The notes: a model not told the origin generated them from the letters alone. Shown: positions 18,544-28,207, counted from the stretch's first letter. The stretch: DNA of 31,767 bases from Candidatus Kapaibacterium sp. (GCA_046598695.1 JBKJHR010000118.1:1-31767), one strand, 5' to 3'. Numbers and translations: made by a program.

Positions 18544-19644
18544 ATGGCAACGATCATAACAAAAATCGTACTTTTTATCCTCTTGGTCTTTTCTTTTATC
18601 TCTACAGGATGCTCCTTGTTCACAATGAAATTCCTGCGCAGATATACCATGGATAGCATTACCTATCAGCGAAAGGCTGTAGAACAGCAAAAAATGGTAT
18701 ATAAGAATGATGCATCATTTGTGTCGGGCTCGTGGGTGGGCAATATACAAGATGTACTTAGATGGTACCCGATCCAACTCAATATTGAAATCGCTGATGA
18801 TCTTCTTCTATCAGGTACCTATGAATATGCCTATTCATTTTCGAAACCTCATAAGACTGGGAATATACACGGGAGTTACAAAGATGGTGATCTCTTAATA
18901 ACCTTGGAAAATAGCAACATTATCCCCAAGAAAGAATCAGTTTCAATTCAGGCTAAATTTGGAAGTCATATTTCCATTCGAGGTAAGTCTGCAGGCATAA
19001 TATGTGGAAGTACTTCTTCAAGTAACAATTCATTTTTTTTAGATGGTATAATCGCTATTGGTAAAAGGGACCCCTATTATCCCCCCCTAGAAAACTACGT
19101 GCTTGAGAGTACAGAAAAGTACTATTATGATAGCAGGAATATACGCGAAAGAGGGAATCGTCTATTCGTAGATACTTTATGCTCAGGTAAATGGATTGGA
19201 TCTTATATAGACGCCTCTTTCGGCACAGAGCGACGACTGTATATGAACATTACAAGAGAAGAAGATTCTGTATATGGGAAGTTCTTCTTATGGGACGCGA
19301 AACCCGATATTATTACGGATGTTATATCTCAACCTCCTATTACATATGATTTTGGTTCGGTTTCAGGGCATATTCGTGGTGACAGTTCTTTTCTTGTGTT
19401 TGAACAGGTGGTTGACCCCAAAACAGATTTTTCCATTCATTTTTCATTGCGAGGTAAGACCTCCTCACATAATATTTACCAATTGGGTGTTGTGAATATG
19501 AAAGAAGTCGAAAATACCTTTCTTGTGAAAAATTACTATGGCTGGATGTCGCTTGATAAATCGGGTGGGGGTTTCACCGATGGGGTATTTACTCTTTCTC
19601 GCATTGAGCCTTGGAATTTGCCAAATAGCGATATTGAGAAGTAG
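18544..19644 (+). CDS. Hypothetical lipoprotein with two repeated beta-rich modules
   Basis: Lipobox FISTGC; SGSWVGNIQD and SGKWIGSYID modules; AT-rich. ATG 18544 preferred over TTG 18526. Confidence 0.7.
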   Translation: MATIITKIVLFILLVFSFISTGCSLFTMKFLRRYTMDSITYQRKAVEQQKMVYKNDASFVSGSWVGNIQDVLRWYPIQLNIEIADDLLLSGTYEYAYSFSKPHKTGNIHGSYKDGDLLITLENSNIIPKKESVSIQAKFGSHISIRGKSAGIICGSTSSSNNSFFLDGIIAIGKRDPYYPPLENYVLESTEKYYYDSRNIRERGNRLFVDTLCSGKWIGSYIDASFGTERRLYMNITREEDSVYGKFFLWDAKPDIITDVISQPPITYDFGSVSGHIRGDSSFLVFEQVVDPKTDFSIHFSLRGKTSSHNIYQLGVVNMKEVENTFLVKNYYGWMSLDKSGGGFTDGVFTLSRIEPWNLPNSDIEK

Positions 19645-19805
19645 GACATCCTGATTCCCTATCATTATTTACCTTTCTTATCATGAACTCCTACATCATG
19701 ATATATACTCTTGCCAGAAGATAATGCCCTGCACTACCACATTAATGTATCTATAATAAAGAGTTACGGGCTGTATTTTTGATGAAAATACTGGCGCATT
19801 GTTTA

Positions 19806-19862
19806 AATAATGTTTAGGTAACATTGAGATAACGCTATGGTAACTCCCTTCCCGTAATTTTG
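19806..19862 (+). promoter_or_regulatory. Pho-box-like direct repeats plus -7 element before the phosphate operon
   Basis: Four 11-nt units aataatgttta/ggtaacattga/gataacgctat/ggtaactccct (TAA(C) at 19808, 19819, 19830, 19841), then taattttg at 19855-62. Confidence 0.7.
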
Positions 19863-19913
19863 TAGTCTGTAAACAGAACCGTTTACCACGTATTGTTAAA
19901 ACTACTTATTTCT

Positions 19914-21497
19914 ATGAAATTCAGATTCCCTACTAAAGCCGCATTGCTCGCATTCGCCTTCACAGCACTTTTTGCTGTCGGAGCGAAAGCACAAACAGAA
20001 GACGAAAAAATTAAGGAGATCGAGACGAATATTGACGGTCTCGGTGAACGTGCAACGACGCTCGAAGCATCCATTGATAAGATCAAACAACTCAAGATCT
20101 CTGGTTATGTTCAGCCACAGTGGGTGTGGAGCGATATTGATTCTTTGGGTAATCAATCCCGCACACGTAGCTTCTTCCAGATTCGTCGTGGTAGAGTGAA
20201 ATTTTCTCACTTGATTCCGATTGATGGTACAACAGGAAGCATTGGTGCAGTTGTCTACCCTGATATTACTGAAGCAGGTTTGGTGATCAAGGAAGTCTAT
20301 GCGACGTGGAATGTATGGGGAAATCTTACGACACAAGCCCCTGAGTTCGCTATCCAAATGGGTTCGATGAACCGTCCATTCGGATATGAAATAGCATATT
20401 CCTCAAGCGCACGTGAATTAGTTGAACGCTCAACAGCAGAGAATCGCCTCTTCAATGGTGAGCGCGATCTTGGCTTGCAAGTTGCGTATGCCCCGGCATT
20501 TGGTGATATTAAGCCAGTTCTTGAGCTTGGTATCTTCAATGGATCGGACAACTTTGGTAAGGGTCCTATCGTAGGTGGTGGATCGGCAAGTGCCATGTTC
20601 TTTGGTTCAGGAAACGTGATCGGCGCAACGGCTGCAATTACAGCATCGGGCGCTGACTCTGCACATATTGTCGCAGTCAATACACTTATTCCTGGTATGA
20701 CAACAGCATATACGACTGTTGACGGTATCAGACAAGACCAGAAAGAATTTATCGGACACTTACGTTTACCATTCCTGATCTCTGATGAATTGTCACTTGA
20801 TGTTGGTGGCTCATGGAGCATCGGTGGCATCACGCCTGTATCGGATGTCGTTGCTGAATATAGCGGCACAAATGGTGCATTGAAGCTTTCAAAAGCTGAA
20901 GGCGCAACAGCTCCGCATAAGTTTAACCCGAAAAGTGGTTGGGCTCCTTCTGGTATTTTAAATAATAACCGCACGATTATGGGCGGCGATCTTCAGGTCT
21001 ATCTCTCAGTACTTCCTTTCGGTGGTACGATCTTAAAGGGTGAGTTATATACTGGTGCACAGCCTTTCTATGGAACAGCTGCGTTGTACGGTTCAGGTGA
21101 TACAGCAACGCTCGGTGCACCGACGGCAGTTCTTGTCAAGAAGAGCGTCATGGGATTCTATGGTATGCTTATTCAGAATATCACAGATAACTTCCAGCTT
21201 GTCGTTCGCTATGATTCATGGGATCCGAACACAAACTTCAAAGGCACGGACGCTGCTGATATGCCAAAGATCAACGGACAAAGCTATATCAAGACGAATG
21301 CTGATCTTGGTGGTGATCTTGCTCTCAACACACTTGCTGTTGGTGTAAATGCGTTCATCGGTGGCTCGCTTCGCCTCATGTTCGATTACGAAATGCCGAA
21401 GCTCGAAGAATACACAAAGAAGGTATCGGGAAATAATGTAACGGTTGGCGATCCACATGATGACCGCTTTACATTCCGTATGCAATACAAATTTTAA
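19914..21497 (+). CDS. Outer-membrane porin, probably phosphate-selective (OprO/OprP-like)
   Basis: Signal peptide, coiled N-terminal segment, ISGYVQPQW, FQIRRGRVK, GSMNRPFGYE, ERDLGLQ, C-terminal RMQYKF; first gene of the pst operon. ATG 19914 preferred. Confidence 0.8.
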   Translation: MKFRFPTKAALLAFAFTALFAVGAKAQTEDEKIKEIETNIDGLGERATTLEASIDKIKQLKISGYVQPQWVWSDIDSLGNQSRTRSFFQIRRGRVKFSHLIPIDGTTGSIGAVVYPDITEAGLVIKEVYATWNVWGNLTTQAPEFAIQMGSMNRPFGYEIAYSSSARELVERSTAENRLFNGERDLGLQVAYAPAFGDIKPVLELGIFNGSDNFGKGPIVGGGSASAMFFGSGNVIGATAAITASGADSAHIVAVNTLIPGMTTAYTTVDGIRQDQKEFIGHLRLPFLISDELSLDVGGSWSIGGITPVSDVVAEYSGTNGALKLSKAEGATAPHKFNPKSGWAPSGILNNNRTIMGGDLQVYLSVLPFGGTILKGELYTGAQPFYGTAALYGSGDTATLGAPTAVLVKKSVMGFYGMLIQNITDNFQLVVRYDSWDPNTNFKGTDAADMPKINGQSYIKTNADLGGDLALNTLAVGVNAFIGGSLRLMFDYEMPKLEEYTKKVSGNNVTVGDPHDDRFTFRMQYKF

Positions 21498-21529
21498 TCA
21501 CGATTATTATTACGAAAAGGAATATCACA

Positions 21530-22357
21530 ATGAAAAAAATATTTGCACTTATTGCAGGGCTACTCGTCGGTGCGACGATGACCGGATTTTTTGCTCCCGC
21601 GACAGTTATCACGATCAAAGGTTCGGATACGATGGTCCAGCTCGCTCAGCGTTGGGCTGAAAAGTATATGAAAGCTAATTCAAGCGTTCGTATCCAAGTT
21701 ACTGGTGGTGGTTCAGGTACGGGTATCAGCGCGCTCATCAACGGCACGACAGATATTTGTGCTTCATCACGCCCAATGAAAGATGTTGAGAAGATCAAAC
21801 TTCGTGATCGCTTTGGATCAACAGGTATTGAGATCCGCACTGCAAAAGACGGACTTTCGATCTATCTTAATGAAGGAAATCCAGTAAAAGATCTTAGCTT
21901 CGCGCAGATCAAAGGTATATATACTGGTTCGATCACGAACTGGAGCCAAGTCGGCGGTAAAGATGCACAGATCATCCTTTATGGTCGTGAGAATAGCTCA
22001 GGTACGTACGGTTTCTTGAAGGATAATGTTCTTGAAGGAGCGGATTTCTCTTCTTCAATGCAGGCACTTCCAGGAACTGCTGCTGTTGTAAACGCTGTGA
22101 AGCGTGACCCGAATGGTGTAGGCTTCGGTGGTGCAGGATATGCAAAAGGAATCAAAGAAGCATACGTCAGCAATGGAGGAACATCATATCAGCCGACCGA
22201 AGAGAACGTTATGAGCGGTAAATATCCAATTACGCGTTACTTATACTTCTATCTTCGTCAGAAGCCTGATGGTGAAATGAAAGAATTTATCAAGTGGGTT
22301 GTTGGTTCTGAAGGTCAGACGGTAGTCAGAAATGAAGGTTTCTTCCCTGCGAAATAA
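21530..22357 (+). CDS. pstS: Phosphate ABC transporter substrate-binding protein
   Basis: KGSDTM, GGGSGTG, SSRPMK, RENSSGT, YPITRYLY. Confidence 0.96.
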   Translation: MKKIFALIAGLLVGATMTGFFAPATVITIKGSDTMVQLAQRWAEKYMKANSSVRIQVTGGGSGTGISALINGTTDICASSRPMKDVEKIKLRDRFGSTGIEIRTAKDGLSIYLNEGNPVKDLSFAQIKGIYTGSITNWSQVGGKDAQIILYGRENSSGTYGFLKDNVLEGADFSSSMQALPGTAAVVNAVKRDPNGVGFGGAGYAKGIKEAYVSNGGTSYQPTEENVMSGKYPITRYLYFYLRQKPDGEMKEFIKWVVGSEGQTVVRNEGFFPAK

Positions 22358-22400
22358 ATGCAAGGATAACAGAAGCATATTGTTTTGTAAATACGATTCC

Positions 22401-22437
22401 GCTGGGAAAGAGTGTTATTGCAACACTCTTTTTCAGC
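22401..22437 (+). other. Stem-loop between pstS and pstC (mRNA stabiliser or partial terminator)
   Basis: aaagagtgtt-attgc-aacactcttt, extended by gctg/cagc. Confidence 0.65.
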
Positions 22438-22455
22438 TTTTTATCGAAAGACCCA

Positions 22456-23934
22456 ATGGCAGCGAATACTGACAAGAACACGAAAGGATTAGCGCGGACA
22501 CCTTTGAAGCTTGGCAAGAAGTTCAGGTTTCTGGAGGTGGTCGTTGAAGGGATCATCAAATCTCTCTCGTTTCTTTCTATCGCAGCGATTGTCCTCATTT
22601 TCGTTTTTGTCTTTAAAGAAGCGTCTCCTGTTTTTTTCGCCAAGAAGGAGGCTCCTAAAGATTCAACTGCTCTTCATAGCGGTAACGCAGCCTCTCCCAG
22701 TTCTGATAGCGGAGGATTGAAGCAAGAAGTCTATGATCCGCTTGCACCCGAAGAAAAAAAAGCCCCAACCGAACCAGCACCGAAAACTACGAAGAGAGAT
22801 AAAGTCTCATTTGTTGATAAGAGTAAAGTAGCGCAGGAAGTCTATGACCCTCTCGCTGATGATGAACCTGCAGAGCCTGTCAAGAAAGAAGAAAAAGAAA
22901 TTGCGAAAGCACCAGTCGTAACTCCTGCACCTGCAAAGAAAAAAGAGAAGATATCATTTGCTGATAAGAGCAAGGTCTCGCAGGAAGTCTATGATCCATT
23001 GGCTGATGATGCACCTACCGATAAAAATGCAAAGACAGCGACAACGCAGACACCTGATACAGTTGCCGTGCCCGTCGTTGCTTTAACTCCTGCTGAAACT
23101 GCCGCAGAAAAAGCAGAGGCTGATAGTGCCGCCGCACAAGAAGTAGGGAATGAAGAATTGCGTAAACACGCATCGAACTTCTTCACAATGCTAACAGGTA
23201 CGAATTGGCAGCCGGTATCTGACGTACCAAAGTTTGGTTTTGTACCGCTATTTTTTGGTACGTTAAAAGTAACATTACTCGCGCTTCTTTTTGCTGCTCC
23301 TATTGCTATTCTTGCAGCTTTGTTTACGAGTAGCTTCGCGCCGAAATGGGCGAGAGAAATTATCAAACCGGTGATCGAACTGCTCGCAGGTTTTCCGAGT
23401 GTCGTTATCGGGTTCTTTGCGTTGATCGTTCTTGCAACATTCTTCCAAGATATGTTTCATTACACCTTCCGATTGAATTCATTCGTCGGAGGTATTGCAA
23501 TGGCATTTGCCGTTATCCCGATCATCTATACAATATCAGAAGATGCGCTTATGGCTGTGCCACAACAATTGCGTGATGGAAGCACAGCACTTGGCGCAAC
23601 AAGATGGCAGACAGCATTTAAGATCGTATTGCCTGCGGCACTCCCCGGAGTGTTTGCCGCAGTAGTGCTCGGTTTTGGCAGAGCGTTTGGTGAGACGATG
23701 ATCGCACTCATGGCAACGGGTAATGCACCGCTCTCCAGTGCGAATATCCTTGAACCTGTCAGAACATTTGCAGCTACCATCGGTGCGGAGATGGCTGAAG
23801 TGGTTTTTGGTGATGAACATTACAACGTACTCTTCCTCATCGGCGCAATGCTTTTTGTATTTACGTTTTTGATGAATATGCTTGTAGAGTTCTACATTCG
23901 TAAACGCCTCATTAAACGTATTCAGGGAAAATAA
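22456..23934 (+). CDS. pstC: Phosphate ABC transporter permease with a long repetitive insert
   Basis: ELLAGFPSVVIGFF, IYTISEDAL, ALGATRWQT, RAFGETM; extra about 170 aa after TM1. Confidence 0.95.
   Translation: MAANTDKNTKGLARTPLKLGKKFRFLEVVVEGIIKSLSFLSIAAIVLIFVFVFKEASPVFFAKKEAPKDSTALHSGNAASPSSDSGGLKQEVYDPLAPEEKKAPTEPAPKTTKRDKVSFVDKSKVAQEVYDPLADDEPAEPVKKEEKEIAKAPVVTPAPAKKKEKISFADKSKVSQEVYDPLADDAPTDKNAKTATTQTPDTVAVPVVALTPAETAAEKAEADSAAAQEVGNEELRKHASNFFTMLTGTNWQPVSDVPKFGFVPLFFGTLKVTLLALLFAAPIAILAALFTSSFAPKWAREIIKPVIELLAGFPSVVIGFFALIVLATFFQDMFHYTFRLNSFVGGIAMAFAVIPIIYTISEDALMAVPQQLRDGSTALGATRWQTAFKIVLPAALPGVFAAVVLGFGRAFGETMIALMATGNAPLSSANILEPVRTFAATIGAEMAEVVFGDEHYNVLFLIGAMLFVFTFLMNMLVEFYIRKRLIKRIQGK
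22723..23010 (+). repeat. Intragenic peptide repeats in pstC
   Basis: QEVYDPLA at 22723-46; K(V/I)SF(V/A)DKSKV(A/S)QEVYDPLADD at 22801-63 and 22948-23010. Confidence 0.9.
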
Positions 23935-23942
23935 CGACGGCA

Positions 23943-24860
23943 ATGATCGAACTGAATTCAAAGCGAAGTAAACTCGGCGGAAATTTTGCGGCAGGCTTGA
24001 CAGGCACTGCAGCATTCTTGATCGTTGCGATCGTTCTCGTCGTCGTCTATTCTATTATCGCAGGTGGATACAAGAATTTCACGTGGGAATTCTTGACACA
24101 AGCACCAACAGAAGGAATGACCAAAGGCGGTATCTATCCCGCTATTATCGGTACGGTATTGATGACGCTCCTCATGTCGGTTATGGCTGTGCCACTTGGT
24201 ACGGTAACGGCGATCTATCTTTCAGAGTATGCGAAAGAGACTTCGGTATTTGCACGAGTGATACGTTTTGCGGTCAATACACTTGCAAGTATTCCCTCTA
24301 TCGTGTTTGGATTGTTTGGTCTTGGATTCTTCGTTCAATTTGTCGGCAAAGGTTTTGATGATGTGATGAATCCTGGTACACTCGTATGGGGGCAACCAAA
24401 CGTTCTCTGGGCATCACTTACGATGGGCTTGCTAACGTTGCCTGTGGTGATCGTATCAGTAGAAGAAGCGATACGAACTGTCCCGCGTGATCTGCGTGAT
24501 GCATCTCTTGCCCTCGGTGCAACGAAATTACAAACGATATGGAAGATCGTTCTTCCCGGTGCAACGACGGGAATCTTGACGGGCATGATCCTTGCCGTGA
24601 GTCGTGGCGCAGGGGAAGTAGCACCGATCCTCTTTACGGGAGCGGCATTCTTCTTGCCGCAATTGCCTCATGCTGTCACCGATCAGTTTATGCACTTGGG
24701 GTATCATATCTATGTGCTCTCGACGCAATCAGCAAACGTAGATCAGACGATACCATTGCAGTATTCAACGACGATGGTGCTTTTGCTTCTGACGTTCTCG
24801 TTGAACTTTACGGCTATCGTGTTGCGATCACGCATTCGTGCTCGTCAAAAAGCTTCGTGA
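23943..24860 (+). CDS. pstA: Phosphate ABC transporter permease
   Basis: GGIYPAIIGT, AIYLSEYA, LASIPSIVFGLFG, ALGATKLQT, RGAGEVAPI. Confidence 0.96.
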   Translation: MIELNSKRSKLGGNFAAGLTGTAAFLIVAIVLVVVYSIIAGGYKNFTWEFLTQAPTEGMTKGGIYPAIIGTVLMTLLMSVMAVPLGTVTAIYLSEYAKETSVFARVIRFAVNTLASIPSIVFGLFGLGFFVQFVGKGFDDVMNPGTLVWGQPNVLWASLTMGLLTLPVVIVSVEEAIRTVPRDLRDASLALGATKLQTIWKIVLPGATTGILTGMILAVSRGAGEVAPILFTGAAFFLPQLPHAVTDQFMHLGYHIYVLSTQSANVDQTIPLQYSTTMVLLLLTFSLNFTAIVLRSRIRARQKAS

Positions 24861-24889
24861 AATTTTGTGTACGGAAATAGTGTAGTATT

Positions 24890-25750
24890 ATGGAAACCAC
24901 TTCGGCTTCAACAACAGCTTCTATGGAAGAACAAAGAAGACAACCGACCATTCAAACGCACATGGCGGAGGAGAGCGGAGAGCCGCGTAAGCAGCGACCC
25001 GTCAAAGTCTCGACCAGAGGACTCGATCTTTTTTACGGAGCGAAGCAAGCTCTTACAAAAGTATCGCTTGATATTGGTTTGAATCAAGTAACGGCATTCA
25101 TCGGTCCATCAGGCTGCGGGAAGTCAACGTATTTGCGCACGCTCAACCGCATGAACGATACCATCGTTGGTTGCAAGATCACAGGTGATGTGATCATTGA
25201 CGGCGTGAACATTTACGATAAACAGCTTGACGTTGTTGAGCTTCGTAAGAGAGTCGGGATGGTATTCCAGAAATCAAATCCATTTCCAAAATCAATTTGG
25301 GAGAACGTCGCTTACGGTCCGAAGATCTTAGGTGAGAGTAATAAAACAACGCTTAATGAGATCGTTGAAAAAAGCTTGAAACAAGCCGCGATCTGGGAAG
25401 AAGTAAAAGATCGTTTGCAAAATTCTGCATTGGGGCTTTCCGGTGGTCAGCAGCAGAGGCTATGTATCGCACGTACATTAGCAACAAACCCGGAAGTGAT
25501 CTTGATGGATGAACCAGCGAGCGCACTTGATCCGCTCTCGACAGCGAAGATCGAAGAATTGATCTTCGAGCTCAAGCGCGATTACACGATCATCATCGTG
25601 ACGCACAACATGCAGCAAGCCGCACGCGTCAGCGATATGACGGCATTCTTTTATATGGGCGAACTCATCGAAGCGGGTGATACGCGAGAGATGTTCACCA
25701 ACCCAAAGAAAAAACAAACTGAAGATTATATCACGGGTCGTTTCGGATAA
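24890..25750 (+). CDS. pstB: Phosphate ABC transporter ATP-binding protein
   Basis: Walker [38 protein letters not shown]. Confidence 0.98.
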   Translation: METTSASTTASMEEQRRQPTIQTHMAEESGEPRKQRPVKVSTRGLDLFYGAKQALTKVSLDIGLNQVTAFIGPSGCGKSTYLRTLNRMNDTIVGCKITGDVIIDGVNIYDKQLDVVELRKRVGMVFQKSNPFPKSIWENVAYGPKILGESNKTTLNEIVEKSLKQAAIWEEVKDRLQNSALGLSGGQQQRLCIARTLATNPEVILMDEPASALDPLSTAKIEELIFELKRDYTIIIVTHNMQQAARVSDMTAFFYMGELIEAGDTREMFTNPKKKQTEDYITGRFG

Positions 25751-25765
25751 TATTTTTACTTTTTT

Positions 25766-26476
25766 ATGTCAGCAGCATTATCAACTCCGCGCATTCATCG
25801 TCATTTCGAGGACGAGTTAGAGAAGCTTCGCGCACTTCTGATCCGCATGGGTTCGCTCGTGGATGAGCAGGTGGAGCTTGCCTCTCGCGCTGTGCTCAAT
25901 GGCGAAGAAGATGCCGCACGTTTCGTTCTGAAGCGCGAGGCGCGCGTCAATGAATACGATCTGATGATCGATGGGCTTTGCCAGCGCATCCTTGCGCTGA
26001 CGCAGCCTGTGGCGATCGATCTTCGTCTGCTTATCGCCGCTATGCGATTGGATGCTGAGTTCGAGCGCATTGGCGATATTGCCGTGAACCTTGCCGAACG
26101 CGCAGTCGCTGTGAGCGAATCGCGCGAGCTATTGCGCCGCGTGAATATCCACGTCATGCTTGCCGAAGCGCACATGATGTTCCGCGATGCCTTTGATGCC
26201 TTTATCAATAACGATTCAGAGCTTGCACGCTCGATCTTCCGCCGCGATGATAAGGTTGATAATCTTGCACGTGAAGCATTTGATCTCTTGATCGGAGAGA
26301 TGAAGAAAGACCCTGTGCAGATCGAGCCGGCTGCCCATGCGATGTCGCTCCTGCGCCACATCGAACGCCTCGCCGACCATGCAACGAACATCGCCGAAGA
26401 TGTCGTCTTCATCGTCGAAGCCAAACTCATGAAGCATCACGTCCCCGAAGCCATTTCAGGGAGCGACGAGGATTGA
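25766..26476 (+). CDS. phoU: Phosphate signalling/uptake regulator
   Basis: Two PhoU repeats: QPVAIDLR...ERIGDIAVN and DDKVD...ERLADHATNIAEDV. Confidence 0.96.
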   Translation: MSAALSTPRIHRHFEDELEKLRALLIRMGSLVDEQVELASRAVLNGEEDAARFVLKREARVNEYDLMIDGLCQRILALTQPVAIDLRLLIAAMRLDAEFERIGDIAVNLAERAVAVSESRELLRRVNIHVMLAEAHMMFRDAFDAFINNDSELARSIFRRDDKVDNLAREAFDLLIGEMKKDPVQIEPAAHAMSLLRHIERLADHATNIAEDVVFIVEAKLMKHHVPEAISGSDED

Positions 26477-26542
26477 GAAATAATCTTTAGCATCGCACTG
26501 CCCCCGCGAATACAAGACCTTCAGAAAGATGAACCATCCCAA

Positions 26543-26563
26543 CCCCTCCTTGAAAAGGAGGGG
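26543..26563. repeat. Short REP-like palindrome
   Basis: cccctcctt-gaa-aaggagggg. Confidence 0.6.
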
Positions 26564-26660
26564 CGAATTATAGTTTGCGCTAAAATAGGGCATGCGCGGC
26601 AAGCCCCTAAGAGGTGAGTTTGAAAGAGCTTGCAGAGTTGAGCCAACTTCGGTGCTTATA

Positions 26661-26847
26661 GTCGCGGAGCGACGACGTACTCGCAGCCCAGGGTGCAACC
26701 CTGGGGAGAAGAACAAAACATTTATTAAGCCCTGAAAGGGCGAAGTACTCCGCCCTTTCAGGGCTGTAACAACCATTTGTATGCACGACCCAGGGTTACG
26801 ACCTTCGGTCTTCACCCTGGGCTGCGAGTACGTCGTCCCTCCGGGAC
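26661..26847. repeat. Nested inverted-repeat element (REP/BIME- or MITE-like)
   Basis: Outer perfect 24-bp IR 26672-95/26813-36; inner perfect 15-bp IR 26728-42/26751-65; small hairpins at both ends. Confidence 0.8.
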
Positions 26848-26903
26848 TTGGATGCGAAATGGCGATGTGTAAATTGTTGGCACCTGTTACAGAGGGTAAA
26901 TCA

Positions 26904-27821
26904 CTAATCGGCGGGGATCTCAAAACTCTCGACGATCTTATTCTTCTTATAAGAAAGATACGCCCTCGTTGCGACGATGGCAAGGATAATTGATCCGCCG
27001 ATCAGTGCCCATGAGCTTGGTTTCTCAGCTCTCCCAAGAAATACCCATACAGGATTCAAGACGGGTTCTAACATACAAAGCAACAGCGCATCAAGCGCGG
27101 ATACACTACGGATACCAACAGTGAAAAGCGAATATGGCACGCCGATCTGCATCACACCCAAAAAGATGAGCATACCGACATCATTCATATCACGCGGCAT
27201 TGGCGAGGTAATGCCTATGAGAGTGAGAACCGTCATGAGGATAACAATAATACCATGACCAACAATAACTGATTGCCACATCCCTGCTTCGCCCGTTTTT
27301 TCATGCTTCAGAAGGAGAGTATAGGCGGCGAAGAAAATACCGCTTGCTAAGGCAAGAATATTTCCGAGAACAGCTTGACTATCAAATTGCCCAACAAAGA
27401 ACAATGCCATCGCACCAATGGTGATAAGCACAGTGATGATGTCACTTCCTTTGATCTTCGTTTTGTTTAAGATCGGCTCGAAGAAGAGGACGTATATCGG
27501 AGCCGTGAATTGGAGGAAGATCGCATTCGCACTTGTTGTAAGTTTTGTTGCCAACACAAAAAGAACGAGCAATGCAGAATATACTGTAGCAGTAATGAGA
27601 ATCTGTGGGGTGAACCAACGAGATGCAATACGAACCTGCTTCGGGACGATGCGGCTATAGAAGATGAAGAGGGTGATCGCCGCAAGTGAGCTTCGCCAGA
27701 GCGAAACGGAGTATCCATCAAGCGAGACGGACTTGATGAACAGCCCACCCGAACTCCAAAGCAAAGCTGCGACAAGGATCAGCAGCGAGCCTTTGGAAGA
27801 ATGTTTTGCGGTAGCCGTCAT
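26904..27821 (-). CDS. EamA/DMT family transporter
   Basis: Ten hydrophobic helices in two repeats (TTSANAIFLQFTAPIYV; LEPVLNPVWVFL). ATG 27821 overlaps the upstream stop (TAATG), so preferred over 27839. Confidence 0.92.
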   Translation of the reverse strand: MTATAKHSSKGSLLILVAALLWSSGGLFIKSVSLDGYSVSLWRSSLAAITLFIFYSRIVPKQVRIASRWFTPQILITATVYSALLVLFVLATKLTTSANAIFLQFTAPIYVLFFEPILNKTKIKGSDIITVLITIGAMALFFVGQFDSQAVLGNILALASGIFFAAYTLLLKHEKTGEAGMWQSVIVGHGIIVILMTVLTLIGITSPMPRDMNDVGMLIFLGVMQIGVPYSLFTVGIRSVSALDALLLCMLEPVLNPVWVFLGRAEKPSSWALIGGSIILAIVATRAYLSYKKNKIVESFEIPAD

Positions 27822-28207
27822 TATGGAGTATTTGACCAACCTAATCTGTCGCCTTCTTCGAGGATCGCCTTCAATTCATCGAGAGTAATTTTCTTCTCTT
27901 GAAGATATTTTGTTACCTCCGGCGATGTTGCCTCAGCTTTGGATTTCCGCATCGGTTTGAAGTCATGATAGACATTTCGTACTTCCATCGGCAAGAATCG
28001 CTTCATCAGCGCAATATGCTGTGGAGTCCGAATCCTTGTTGCATCAATATACCACTCCGTCGCCTTTGGCTTGGTGATAGGAACGGTGTCAACGACAGGG
28101 TTGAGGGGCTTCTGCAGGAGGCTATCTGTCGCTACTTTCGGGGCAGAGTTCTCCTTAGAACAGCCGATAATGAGGAAGAAAAGAGCAATCGTAAAAAGGT
28201 ATTTCAC
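27821..28207 (-). CDS. Hypothetical lipoprotein
   Basis: GTG at 28207 gives MKYLFTIALFFLIIGC lipobox; coupled to EamA. Confidence 0.7.
   Translation of the reverse strand: MKYLFTIALFFLIIGCSKENSAPKVATDSLLQKPLNPVVDTVPITKPKATEWYIDATRIRTPQHIALMKRFLPMEVRNVYHDFKPMRKSKAEATSPEVTKYLQEKKITLDELKAILEEGDRLGWSNTP

Noticed and set aside
19774-19781. Extra TAnnTTTG box upstream of the Pho-like repeats
   Set aside because: A short AT-rich motif expected by chance, with no supporting upstream element
22723-23010. Repeats with variable spacers as a possible CRISPR array
   Set aside because: They are in-frame, codon-degenerate repeats within pstC, with unequal long spacing and no cas genes
26456-26983. 175-aa minus and 70-aa plus ORFs across the phoU-EamA gap
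   Set aside because: They are translations of the palindromic repeat element and gene ends, with no transposase or other motifs
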